Origin: Sumerlaeia bacterium
GTDB lineage: Bacteria; Sumerlaeota; Sumerlaeia; SLMS01; JAHLLQ01
Assembly (NCBI GenBank): GCA_040219255.1
Contig: JAVJSW010000028.1
Coordinates: 1 to 31,574 of the forward strand
Length of the DNA: 31,574 nucleotides
Direction: 5' to 3'
Shown here one piece after another: positions 17,215 through 26,278 of this stretch; the first letter of the stretch is position 1, and each line of letters opens with the position of its first letter. The notes under the pieces are model-generated. The model had not been told where the DNA came from and did not search any database. It worked only from the letters and a program-made list of their open reading frames with translations. The translations under genes were made by a program, and so were the position numbers.

Positions 17215-20200
17215 GTGATTAAGTTATCGATCGAGAAGGGCGTCGCGCTGGCGGTCGTCATCATGTTGCTGGGGATCTTCGGCGTGCTGTCGCTGATGCG
17301 GGTGCCGGTGCAATTGACGCCCGACATCACACCCACGTCGGTCACGGTTTCCACCCGTTGGCCGGGGGCGACGCCCCAGGACATCGAAAAAGAAATCATC
17401 ATCGAGCAGGAGAAGTATCTCAAGAGCCTGCCGAACCTGGAAGAAATGCAGGCGACGGCGAACACGGGTTCGGCGGAAATCGCTCTCGAATTCGCCACCG
17501 GCACGGACCTGCAGGAAATTCTGGTGCGCGTGAACAACGCCCTGACCCAGGTGCCCTCCTACCCCGAGAACGTGGACCAGCCGAGCATTTCGACCAGCAA
17601 CGCCCGCGATCAGGCCATCGCCTGGTTCAGTCTGCGGGCGGCGCCGGGGAACCCGAAAAACCTGGATATCTACGCCCAGCAGGACTTCGCCGAGGATTGG
17701 GTACAGACCGAGTTCGAACGCATCGCCGGCGTGTCGCAGAGCGAAGTGCTCGGCGGCGCCGAGCGGCAGGTTCATGTGTACGTGGACCCGTCCAAGCTGG
17801 CGGGCCGCGGCATCACCGTCAGCGATCTGCGCAACGCCATCCGGACCCGCAACCGCGACGTGTCGGGCGGCGATTTCGATGAAGGCAAGCGCCGCTACCT
17901 GCTGCGCACGGTGGGGCGTTTCAACTCGATGGAGGACATCGAGAACACCGTCGTGGCCTATCGCGAGGGCGCTCCGGTTTACGTGCGGGACTTGGGATAC
18001 GCCCAGATGGACCGCGCGGAAACCCGCGCCCAGGTGCGCTATAACGGCGAACCGAGCCTCGCCATGAACGTCCGCCGCCAACCCGGCAGCAACATCATCC
18101 AGGTGATGGACGCAGTGAAGGAAACCGTCGTCGAGCTGAACGAAGGTATCCTGGCCGAACGCGGCCTGGTCCTGACCCAGGTTTCCGACGACACCCTCTA
18201 CATCCGCGAGTCGGTGGCGCTGGTGCGGCAGAACCTGATTCTGGGCGCCGTGCTGGCGACGCTGGTGCTGCTGCTGTTCCTGCGTTCGTTCACCACGACG
18301 CTAATCGGTGCGCTGGCGATTCCGATCTGTATTGTCTGCTCGTTCCTGGGCCTGGCTTTGTTCGGCCGCACGATCAACGTGATTTCGCTGGCGGGCATCG
18401 CCTTTGCCATCGGCATGACATTGGACAACGCCATCGTGGTGCTGGAGAACATTTACACGCATCGCATCCAAGGCAAGGGCCTGTTCGAAGCGGCCTTCGA
18501 CGGCGTGACGGAAGTCTGGGGCGCGGTGCTGGCTTCGACCCTGACGACGATCTTCGTGTTCCTGCCGATCGTGTTCGTGGAGGAAGAAGCGGGCCAACTC
18601 TTCGCCGACATCGCCATCGCCATCGCGTCGGCGATTTTCTTCTCGATGGTGGTGTCGATCACGGTCATTCCCTCGGCGAGCGCCCGCCTCATGACGAAGG
18701 TCGGCGAGACGCCCAAATCGAGCCTGGGCCGAGGCTTCCAGAATCTGTGGGGCCTGACCCCGGTGGCGGTCTGGATCAATGACTGGATCGTCGGCTCGGT
18801 GCGTTGGCTGATGGGCGGCGTTTTCCGGCGCATGGCGCTGGTGGCGATCATGGCCACGGTGTCCATCGGGGCGGCGGTTCTGCTGATGCCAAAGACCGAG
18901 TACCTGCCCGACGGCAAGAAGAACGTGCTGTTCGCCATCATGTTCCCGCCGCCCGGATACAACGTGGACGAAATGACCGCCATCGGCGAGAAAATCGAGG
19001 CCGAGTACGTGCCCCGCGTCGGTGCCGATCCGGACGATTGGAACCCCGAGGAAGAACCCATTCCGCCGCTGGAGCGCTTCTTCTTTGTGACGACGCCACA
19101 GCAGCTCTTCGTCGTGACGATGACGCAGGACTCGGCGCATCTGGACACGCTGGCTCCGCAGTTGGCCGGCCGGTTGAGCCAGGTGCCGGGCATGTTCGCC
19201 ATCTCGCAGCGCATCCCGCTGTTCGGCGGTGGCCTGGGCGGCACGCGCGGCATCGAGCTGGACATCAGCGGCCCGAACCTGCCGGAAATTTTCAGCGTCG
19301 CGGAAACGGCGTTCTTCCAGACCTTCGGCTTTGGCCGCTTCTCGGATGGCGAATCCTGGCAGACGCGCCCCGATCCGCCGAGCCTGTCGCTTGGCCAGCC
19401 GCTCCTGCAGATCCGCCCCGACTGGGACCGCGCGGCGGAACTGGGCGTCGATGCGGCGGACCTGGGCTACGCCATCTGGGCCTTCAGCGACGGCGCCTTT
19501 ATGGACGAGTTCTTCCTGGCCGATGACAAGGTCGATATGTACCTGTACAGCACGGAAGGCACGGTGAGCCGCACCCAGGATCTGGAGTCGCTCCAGCTCT
19601 ACACGCGCGATGGCGGAACGATACCGCTCTCCGCTGTGGCCGAGGTCGTGCCGACAGTGAACTCGGAAACGATTCGCCGCGTCGATCGCCAGAGAACGGT
19701 GACCCTGACCATCACGCCGCCGCCAAGCGTTGCGTTGGAGGAAGCCGTCGAAATCATCGACCGCGAATTGGTCCAGGGCCTGAAAGAGCAAGGCGTCGTG
19801 CCACCGGATGTGACGCTGCGCATCGCCGGCGCCAGCGACAAGCTGGCCGACACGCGCGAGGCGCTGGGAGGGAATTTCCTGCTCGCCGTGATTATCAGCT
19901 ACCTGCTGATGGTGGCGCTCTTCAGCCATTGGGGTTATCCGTTCGTCATCATGACCAGCTTGCCCCTCGGAATCGTGGGCGGTATCGTAGGCCTGCACTT
20001 GCTGAACCATATGGGGGATTACTTCGGGTGGCTCGGATTCGAGAACATCCTGACACCGCTGGATGTGCTGACGATGCTGGGCTTCGTGGTGCTGGTCGGC
20101 ACGGTGGTGAACAACCCAATCCTGATCGTCGAGCGCACGCTGCAACTGACCCGCGCGGGCATGCCGGTGCGCGAAGCCGTGACCGAGGCCATCGCCAACC

Positions 20201-20532
20201 GCGTCCGGCCGATCTTCATGTCCACCACCACGACGGTCTTCGGTCTGGCGCCGCTGGTGCTGATTCCCGGCGCCGGTGCGGAACTCTACCGGGGCCTGGG
20301 CGCGGTGGTGCTGTTCGGCCTGTTCTTCTCGACGATCTTCACGCTGACGTTCATCCCGAGTCTGCTGAGCCTGGTGATGGAAGCGGCGGACATCTTGAAG
20401 CGAGGCCAGCAGCGGCTCTCGTCGGTGATCGTGCCGATGGCGCCGCAAGACGAAGAGAAGGTCCAGAACGACGTGGTGGCGAAGGAAGACTCGCCTTCGC
20501 AGGACTGGAAGCCTCAGCCGGCGGAGCGCTGA
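17215..20532 (+). CDS. AcrB/AcrD/AcrF-family RND transporter
   Basis: RBS AGGAG with GTG start. Motifs WPGATPQDIE, GMTLDNAIVVLE (TM4), GTVVNNPILIVE (TM10) and RVRPIFMST (TM11); 1105 aa. Confidence 0.95.
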   Translation: MIKLSIEKGVALAVVIMLLGIFGVLSLMRVPVQLTPDITPTSVTVSTRWPGATPQDIEKEIIIEQEKYLKSLPNLEEMQATANTGSAEIALEFATGTDLQEILVRVNNALTQVPSYPENVDQPSISTSNARDQAIAWFSLRAAPGNPKNLDIYAQQDFAEDWVQTEFERIAGVSQSEVLGGAERQVHVYVDPSKLAGRGITVSDLRNAIRTRNRDVSGGDFDEGKRRYLLRTVGRFNSMEDIENTVVAYREGAPVYVRDLGYAQMDRAETRAQVRYNGEPSLAMNVRRQPGSNIIQVMDAVKETVVELNEGILAERGLVLTQVSDDTLYIRESVALVRQNLILGAVLATLVLLLFLRSFTTTLIGALAIPICIVCSFLGLALFGRTINVISLAGIAFAIGMTLDNAIVVLENIYTHRIQGKGLFEAAFDGVTEVWGAVLASTLTTIFVFLPIVFVEEEAGQLFADIAIAIASAIFFSMVVSITVIPSASARLMTKVGETPKSSLGRGFQNLWGLTPVAVWINDWIVGSVRWLMGGVFRRMALVAIMATVSIGAAVLLMPKTEYLPDGKKNVLFAIMFPPPGYNVDEMTAIGEKIEAEYVPRVGADPDDWNPEEEPIPPLERFFFVTTPQQLFVVTMTQDSAHLDTLAPQLAGRLSQVPGMFAISQRIPLFGGGLGGTRGIELDISGPNLPEIFSVAETAFFQTFGFGRFSDGESWQTRPDPPSLSLGQPLLQIRPDWDRAAELGVDAADLGYAIWAFSDGAFMDEFFLADDKVDMYLYSTEGTVSRTQDLESLQLYTRDGGTIPLSAVAEVVPTVNSETIRRVDRQRTVTLTITPPPSVALEEAVEIIDRELVQGLKEQGVVPPDVTLRIAGASDKLADTREALGGNFLLAVIISYLLMVALFSHWGYPFVIMTSLPLGIVGGIVGLHLLNHMGDYFGWLGFENILTPLDVLTMLGFVVLVGTVVNNPILIVERTLQLTRAGMPVREAVTEAIANRVRPIFMSTTTTVFGLAPLVLIPGAGAELYRGLGAVVLFGLFFSTIFTLTFIPSLLSLVMEAADILKRGQQRLSSVIVPMAPQDEEKVQNDVVAKEDSPSQDWKPQPAER

Positions 20533-20597
20533 TTTCCGGAGCCGGGCGCAACGTTTCGAGTCGCGCCCGGCCCTCCTGTGAGTCGATCGTTCTGGCG

Positions 20598-21584
20598 ATG
20601 ATTACTGTCAACGAACTCCGCAAATCGTTCTTCGTGCACAAGAAAGCCCCCGGCTTCTGGGGGTCGGTGAAATCGCTCGTGCGCCGCGAGCAGATCGAAA
20701 AGGAAGCCGTCCGAGGCGTGTCCTTTGAAATCGGCGAAGGCGAAATCGTCGGGCTCCTCGGCGCCAACGGCGCGGGCAAGACGACCGTGGTGAAGATGCT
20801 GGCGGGCATCATCCACCCCAGCGGCGGCGAAGCCCGGGTCCTGGGCCATGTGCCGCACGAACGCGACGATCGCTTCCGCAGCCAAATCGCCCTGATCATG
20901 GGCCAGAAGGCCCAGCTCTGGTGGGACTTGCCCGCCGCCGATTGCTTTCTGCTGCTCAAGGAAATCTACCGCATTCCCGACGAACGCTTCCGGGAAAACC
21001 TCGACCACCTGACCGATGTGCTGGGCGTTCACGATTACCTGAACGTCCAGGTGCGGCGGTTGTCGCTGGGCGAACGCATGAAGATGGAGCTGATCGCGGC
21101 GCTGCTCCACGACCCGCGGGTGGTATTCCTCGACGAGCCCACCATCGGCCTGGACCTGAGCGCCCAGCGCGCCATCCGCGAGTTCCTGACCGAGTACCAG
21201 CAAACCCGCCGCCCCGCCACGATCCTGACCAGCCACTATATGGAAGACATCGAGCACCTGTGCCGCCGCATCATCATCATCCGCGAAGGCGAACTGGTGT
21301 ACGACGGCCTGCTGGAGGACGTGATGCGGACCTACGCGCCGCGCAAGGTGGTGACGGCCACCCTGGCGGAAGGCGCCGACGGCCGTGTGGCCGAGGCGGG
21401 CCTGGGCGAACTGGGCGAAGTGACGGACGCCGGCGGCGGCCGCGTCCGGCTCCTGATGGCCCGGAGCGACGTGGCCCGCAACGCGGCGCGGCTGATGGAC
21501 GTTCTGCCGGTCATCGACCTGACGATCGAGGAACCGGACGTGGGTCAGGTGATCGAAAACATCATGACGGCGCGGCGGAGCTGA
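20598..21584 (+). CDS. ABC-2 type transporter ATP-binding protein
   Basis: Walker A GANGAGKT, signature LSLGE, Walker B VFLDEPT and H-loop TSH. Real start at MITVNEL (20598). Confidence 0.95.
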   Translation: MITVNELRKSFFVHKKAPGFWGSVKSLVRREQIEKEAVRGVSFEIGEGEIVGLLGANGAGKTTVVKMLAGIIHPSGGEARVLGHVPHERDDRFRSQIALIMGQKAQLWWDLPAADCFLLLKEIYRIPDERFRENLDHLTDVLGVHDYLNVQVRRLSLGERMKMELIAALLHDPRVVFLDEPTIGLDLSAQRAIREFLTEYQQTRRPATILTSHYMEDIEHLCRRIIIIREGELVYDGLLEDVMRTYAPRKVVTATLAEGADGRVAEAGLGELGEVTDAGGGRVRLLMARSDVARNAARLMDVLPVIDLTIEEPDVGQVIENIMTARRS

Positions 21585-21592
21585 ACTCCCCC

Positions 21593-22405
21593 ATGTCCCC
21601 CCGCCTCTTCCTCCACGTCCTCAGCCTCGAAGCGCGCAAGTCGATGAGCTACCGGGTCGATTTCTGGCTCAACACCATCGTCGGCTTCGCGATCTCCGTC
21701 GGTTACGTCACGTTCCTGTGGCTGAGCATCTACGCCCAATCGGGCGAGGAGTTCGTGGAGGGCTTCACCCTGCCCGGGCTGATTCTGTACTATGTGCTGA
21801 TCTTTCTGATCGCCCGCATCGTGACCGGCAACTCGCAGTCGGGTATCGTTTCCGGCGAGATCTACGAGGGCCGTTACACCAAGTTCCTGCTCTATCCAAC
21901 GCGGTATCTGCCGTTCAAATATGCCGAGAACCTGGGCAGCCTGGTGCCTTCGCTGATCCAGGCCGTGGTCTTCGGCTTCGTGGCGCTAACCCTGATCCAC
22001 GCGCCGGGCGTGAACAACATGACCGCCGGAACCCTGGCGATGGCGGTTGTCAGCGTCGCCATGGCCAGCGTCCTGCTGTTTCTGCTCTTCGTCCCGCTCC
22101 AGGGCGTCGCGTTCTGGGCGGACAACGTGTGGAGCCTCTACGTCATGCTGCGGATGGTCTGCGCGTTTCTGGGCGGTCAGATGCTGCCGCTGTCGCTCTT
22201 TCCCGATTGGGCCCAGACAGTGTTGGCGTGGACGCCATTTCCGTATCTCTTCTACGTGCCGACGCAGGTGGCGCTCGGCAATTTGGGGCCGCTGGAGTGG
22301 GCGCGCGGTCTGGTGATGGCGGGGGTGTGGTGCGCCGTGATGGCGGGCGTCATTCGCGCGGTCTGGATGCGGGGCGAGAGACGCTATACGGGCGTCGGAA
22401 TCTGA
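21593..22405 (+). CDS. ABC-2 family permease (DUF990/ABC2_membrane_6-like)
   Basis: MSYRVDF, EIYEG..KFLLYP, FLGGQMLPLSLFPDW and a C-terminal RYTGVG; about six hydrophobic helices; follows the ATPase. Confidence 0.88.
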   Translation: MSPRLFLHVLSLEARKSMSYRVDFWLNTIVGFAISVGYVTFLWLSIYAQSGEEFVEGFTLPGLILYYVLIFLIARIVTGNSQSGIVSGEIYEGRYTKFLLYPTRYLPFKYAENLGSLVPSLIQAVVFGFVALTLIHAPGVNNMTAGTLAMAVVSVAMASVLLFLLFVPLQGVAFWADNVWSLYVMLRMVCAFLGGQMLPLSLFPDWAQTVLAWTPFPYLFYVPTQVALGNLGPLEWARGLVMAGVWCAVMAGVIRAVWMRGERRYTGVGI

Positions 22406-22407
22406 AA

Positions 22408-22556
22408 AACCACAGAGTGCACAGAGGACAAAGACTTCACAGAGGGTGCCGGACCCCGATAATAGATCGATGATGAAACCCCCCTTCACTCCTCGACAAT
22501 CCCGCACAGTCTCAATCTTTTCAACCTTCTCTGTGCCCTCTGTGACTCTGTGGTGA
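22408..22556. repeat. Bipartite CACAGAG element, copy 2 (opposite orientation to copy 1)
   Basis: AACCACAGAGTGCACAGAGGACAAAGACTTCACAGAGG (22408-22445) ... CTTCTCTGTGCCCTCTGTGACTCTGTGGTGA (22526-22556). It fills the gap between two convergent stop codons. Confidence 0.88.
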
Positions 22557-22560
22557 ATTC

Positions 22561-23652
22561 TTAGCGAATCGCCACCCGCGGCCCCGGTGCTTCTGGCGGG
22601 AGCTGCGGCGCCCAACGTCCCGTCCGGCGGGCCTGCATCGCGGCGGTGGCCAGCCGCCACAGGCGCCAAGGCTCGGCGGCCAGGCCGTCCGGTTGGGACT
22701 CGTCAAACGGCGCCCATCCGGAGACGACAACCACCCCCTCGCGCGCGGGCAGGTCCTGCAGGATCGCCAGGTTCAACCGGTCCGCTTCTAGGCGGAACTC
22801 GTCCGTAATCACCACTGCCTCGACCGCGTTGAAGCCGAGGGCTTTGATGAGCGCCAGGTCGTGCTCGGCGATGTCGCCCGCCATGGCGACAAGGGTCACG
22901 TCAAAGAGCACCTCGCGCCGGGGCATGGCGACGGCGGCGCGCCACTGGCCCTGCGCTTCGTCGAAGCGCAAATCCCACAGCGGCGGGTCGTCGAGCGGGG
23001 TCCAGGCGGCGGGGTCCTTGCGGGTGCTTTGCAGAATGGCGGTTTCGCGGGAGGCTCCGCGGGCGATCCAGTCGAGCCATCGGCGGCCCGAATCCTCGCG
23101 CGCGGACCGGGTGTCGAGGTCCTGGGCCATCCGGAGATAAATGCGCGAGAGTTCGATGAGGGTACCGCCTTCCGGGCGCCGGACTCCATAGCGCGAGGCC
23201 ACGAGGGCTTCCGCTTCGAGCGCGGCGAGGGCACCTTCGGCGGCGGCGAGGAGATCGTCGAAGGACGCGTTGGGTTCGGCGTGGACAAACGCGTGGGCGC
23301 GAATCGGTTGGTGCCGGGGATAGATCGACAGTTCCAGGACGATCAAACCGTCGCCCGGCGGCGGCGAAAGCACCGACAGCGGCACGTCGTGGCGGGGGTA
23401 ATAGATGGACAGGATGGTCCCCGTGTCGGCAAGAAGGCGCGTCGTGGCAGCGTCCTCGGCGGCGGTCCAGACGGCGCGGGCGCGCCATTCGACGGTGCTG
23501 CGGGGGGCGGCGGGAGGCAGCTTGCCCCGCCAGACGATGGTGCCGTCGCCGCGGCGCTCGAGTGTCCAGTCGAGCCCCTCCGCCGGGGGCTGGGCGGAAA
23601 GAAGCGTCCCCGCCAGGAAGGCGAGGACGCAAAGGGGGATCAGGCGGTGCAC
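22561..23652 (-). CDS. Exported hypothetical protein with a GH2-like TIM-barrel fragment
   Basis: A GTG start at 23652 gives a signal peptide (VHRLIPLCVLAFLAGTLLSA) and avoids overlap with the upstream gene. The C-terminal part contains DLALIKALGFNAV...DEFRLEADRLNLAILQDLP. Confidence 0.65.
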   Translation of the reverse strand: MHRLIPLCVLAFLAGTLLSAQPPAEGLDWTLERRGDGTIVWRGKLPPAAPRSTVEWRARAVWTAAEDAATTRLLADTGTILSIYYPRHDVPLSVLSPPPGDGLIVLELSIYPRHQPIRAHAFVHAEPNASFDDLLAAAEGALAALEAEALVASRYGVRRPEGGTLIELSRIYLRMAQDLDTRSAREDSGRRWLDWIARGASRETAILQSTRKDPAAWTPLDDPPLWDLRFDEAQGQWRAAVAMPRREVLFDVTLVAMAGDIAEHDLALIKALGFNAVEAVVITDEFRLEADRLNLAILQDLPAREGVVVVSGWAPFDESQPDGLAAEPWRLWRLATAAMQARRTGRWAPQLPPEAPGPRVAIR

Positions 23653-23671
23653 TGGGTGATGGAGCGCCGGT

Positions 23672-24070
23672 CTAGCGAATGTTGACACTGCCGGCATCGC
23701 CGTCTTCGACGAGGGGGCCGGAGCCATCGGTGGTGGTGCGGGGATCGAGCACACGGGCGCGGCTGGCGGCTGGGGTGGACGAGCCGGAGCCGGGGGCGGC
23801 GACGTTGACGTTCATTTCCAGGGCGCCAACGGACCGCGACAGGTCCTTGATCGCATCGGCGATGGCCTGGTTCGCGCGGGCCACTTCGCGGGTGGCGGAG
23901 GCGACTTCCAGGGAAGCGCTCACTTCGCTGCGGGTGACGTCGTCCTCGTTCGAGAGCGAGTTGCGGTTGGGGATGGTCCGCTGGGCGAACAGATTGAGAG
24001 CCAACATCAGAATCAGCGCGATCAGCAGCAGATTGGTGTAGGAGCGGGCTTCGAGTTTAGGGCCGATCAT
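23672..24070 (-). CDS. Small hypothetical protein (N-terminal TM anchor plus helical/coiled-coil segment)
   Basis: RBS GGAGG upstream; YTNLLLIALILMLAL hydrophobic stretch; ATREVARANQAIADAIKDL amphipathic helix. Confidence 0.75.
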   Translation of the reverse strand: MIGPKLEARSYTNLLLIALILMLALNLFAQRTIPNRNSLSNEDDVTRSEVSASLEVASATREVARANQAIADAIKDLSRSVGALEMNVNVAAPGSGSSTPAASRARVLDPRTTTDGSGPLVEDGDAGSVNIR

Positions 24071-24145
24071 GGGGAAGAATCCTCCGGGGCGTTCCGTCTC
24101 CGCAGGAAATGTCAGTTGGGGCGGAGAAAGAGATATCGCCCAGCA

Positions 24146-24174
24146 ACGTGAAACGCCCGGCCCCGGGCGTCAAG
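24146..24174 (-). promoter_or_regulatory. Possible sigma70 promoter for the 24070 gene
   Basis: The minus strand reads TTGACG-N17-CACGTT about 75 nt upstream of the ATG. The spacer also forms a GC hairpin (ACGCCCGG/CCGGGCGT). Confidence 0.35.
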
Positions 24175-24202
24175 TCCAGGCATCGGAGCGATGGCGAGCC
24201 CC

Positions 24203-24817
24203 GCGATCCTTCATCACAGAGGGCACAGAGGACAGAGGTTCCACAGAGATCATTTGAAAGGTGTGGTCAGGAACGCGAGTTGTCTGCATCAAGTCAAAAG
24301 AAATCAGAAGGATGCAAATGAATCCCAAATTGGAATACTTGTCAGACCCAAATAAAGTCGCGGTAATTCTGGCATTTTTCCGCATTGATCATTTCCTTTC
24401 AAAAGAATCGGCCGCCGTTTTCCAGTCATCCAGGCACGAACCGAGGCTCGCTGGTTGTGTCGGCTAACTTCAAAAGCGCCAATCATCTCCGCGTTCTCTG
24501 CGTCTCATCGGTGATTACTTGAAGGATGAGGGGGCGGGCCCCGCGATTCTTCAACCACCACATCCCGGTGCGGAAAGCGCTGATGATGAGGTGCGGGCGG
24601 CCGAAGGCGGGTTCGCGGGAAAACCGTCGTCTTGAACGAGAACCTCTCAAGCAGGCCTCCTTAGGCTGGTCTGCTTCCATTAGGCGTTTCATCCGTGCCG
24701 ATCCGCGACCATCTGTGGCCGTGAAATCTCCGTGCCTTGGACGTCCTCCCCCGAGTTTCCCAGCTTGGAAGTCGTGGTCGATCGTCGTCGGTGGTTTCTC
24801 TGTGGTTGAAGGATCGC
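24203..24817. repeat. Composite/tandem CACAGAG-family elements (copy 3 at ~24203-24527, plus a second unit at ~24543-24817)
   Basis: GCGATCCTTCATCACAGAGGGCACAGAGGACAGAGGTTCCACAGAGA (24203-24249); partner arm ATCTCCGCGTTCTCTGCGTCTCATCGGTGA (24485-24514); GCGATTCTTCAACCAC (24543); CTCTGTGGTTGAAGGATCGC (24798-24817). Confidence 0.8.
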
Positions 24818-24927
24818 AGCCAGGGTTTCTCTTGGCGGGGTTTCGCTTGGCAGGCGCGGGGGGCGTTCCCTACGGTGCCGCCCCGGTCTCGACCGTTGGC
24901 ATTCGCAGGAGCCCCACGACAGTCATC

Positions 24928-26274
24928 ATGCCCCAGATCTCCCCTTTTCTCAAGCCCCAGCCCGTCACCACGCGGCCCTATGACGATCACGACGAGGACG
25001 AAGACCGCGAACCGCGCGGCGAAAACGGCCGCGCCGGGGGAGGCGGCGGCGACGACGGCGACGGCGGGGATGACGATCGGGGCCGGGGCGAGGGCGACGA
25101 TGAGGGCGGCGAGGGCGAGCGCGAGGAGCTGGGCCGGAGCTTTGGCGGCTTCCCAAAGCTGCCCGTCGTCGGCTTCTGGTATCGATTCCTGACCATCCTG
25201 TTCGATTTTATCACGATTTACCTGGTCTTCCGGCTGCTGTCCGCGGCGCTTACCGAGCCCTTAATGGCGGTGGCGACGCCCGCCAGCCTCCTGGCGCTGA
25301 TCGCCGCGTTCTTCTACTTCGCTCTGGGCAACGGGCCCGTGGGCAAGGGCCGCACCCTGGGCAAAATGCTGACCGGTCTGCGCACCGTCAACTACCGGGG
25401 CGAGCCGCCGACGCTCCTGCAAAGCTCGATCCGCACCGCCGTCCTTTTTCCCTTCATGGTGCTGGGCGTGCTGCTTTTTCCGATTTCCAACAGCCCGGAC
25501 GCCATCGTGTCCTTTGTGTACAGCGCCCTGACGGGGTTCCTGAGCTTCGCGGCGCTGCTGGCGTCGATCCTGGCCATCGCGTTCAATCCCTACAAGCAGG
25601 GCCTCCACGACTTCTGCGGCAAGACCTATGTGGTGCCCGGCCGCGGGCGTAAGCCGATCACCTTCGACGAACTGGCGGCGATCCTGGGCGATGGCTGGCG
25701 GCGCTACAATCGCCAGCCCCAGTACTATGGCGTGGCGACTCTCCTCCTCGTGTTTGTCGCCTTCGTCGTGATTCTACGCCCCACCACCTATCCCGAGTCC
25801 GCCCGTGCCACCCAGGAGGAAGCGCTGAAGGTTCTGCGCTCCTATCCCGAACTGGGTGATCGCACGGATCTGCTGGTCTACATCGGGCCGGAAACCCCTC
25901 CGCCCTATGACGGCGATCCGGACATCGTACAGAAAATGCAGACGGCGCTCGACACCGAGGGCAGCACCATCGGCCTGCACCTGACGCTGTCGCATGTCGG
26001 GGCGTGGCCCGCGCCGCTGGAGGAACGCAAAGCAGCCGCCCTGGATTTCGCCCGCGAATACCGCGAGATCCTCTTCGAAAACGACCCGGACGCGCTGCCG
26101 CTCCTCTACGCCAGCCGCATGACCACGCAGGACCTGGCCCAACGCCCGATCGTGTTCTTCGTGAACCTGCAGCGGGGACTCAACCTCGTCTTCCCCTATG
26201 AATGGGAGCGTCAGGAAGAGGCCACCACGGTGCGGTGGAAGGCCGAGCCCTACGTGGCCCGGGATTCCCAATAG
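24928..26274 (+). CDS. RDD-family membrane protein with an acidic Gly-rich N-terminus and a C-terminal extracytoplasmic domain
   Basis: GFWYRFLTILFD, GRTLGKMLTGLRTV and KQGLHDFCGKTYVV. ATG at 24928; the upstream ORF extension runs through repeat DNA. Confidence 0.85.
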   Translation: MPQISPFLKPQPVTTRPYDDHDEDEDREPRGENGRAGGGGGDDGDGGDDDRGRGEGDDEGGEGEREELGRSFGGFPKLPVVGFWYRFLTILFDFITIYLVFRLLSAALTEPLMAVATPASLLALIAAFFYFALGNGPVGKGRTLGKMLTGLRTVNYRGEPPTLLQSSIRTAVLFPFMVLGVLLFPISNSPDAIVSFVYSALTGFLSFAALLASILAIAFNPYKQGLHDFCGKTYVVPGRGRKPITFDELAAILGDGWRRYNRQPQYYGVATLLLVFVAFVVILRPTTYPESARATQEEALKVLRSYPELGDRTDLLVYIGPETPPPYDGDPDIVQKMQTALDTEGSTIGLHLTLSHVGAWPAPLEERKAAALDFAREYREILFENDPDALPLLYASRMTTQDLAQRPIVFFVNLQRGLNLVFPYEWERQEEATTVRWKAEPYVARDSQ

Positions 26275-26278
26275 ACGA

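Noticed and set aside
24170-24486. Short ORFs inside repeat copy 3 (60-71 aa, both strands)
   Set aside because: They overlap each other, some run into the arms, and they have no motifs or host-like codon bias. A cargo peptide cannot be excluded.
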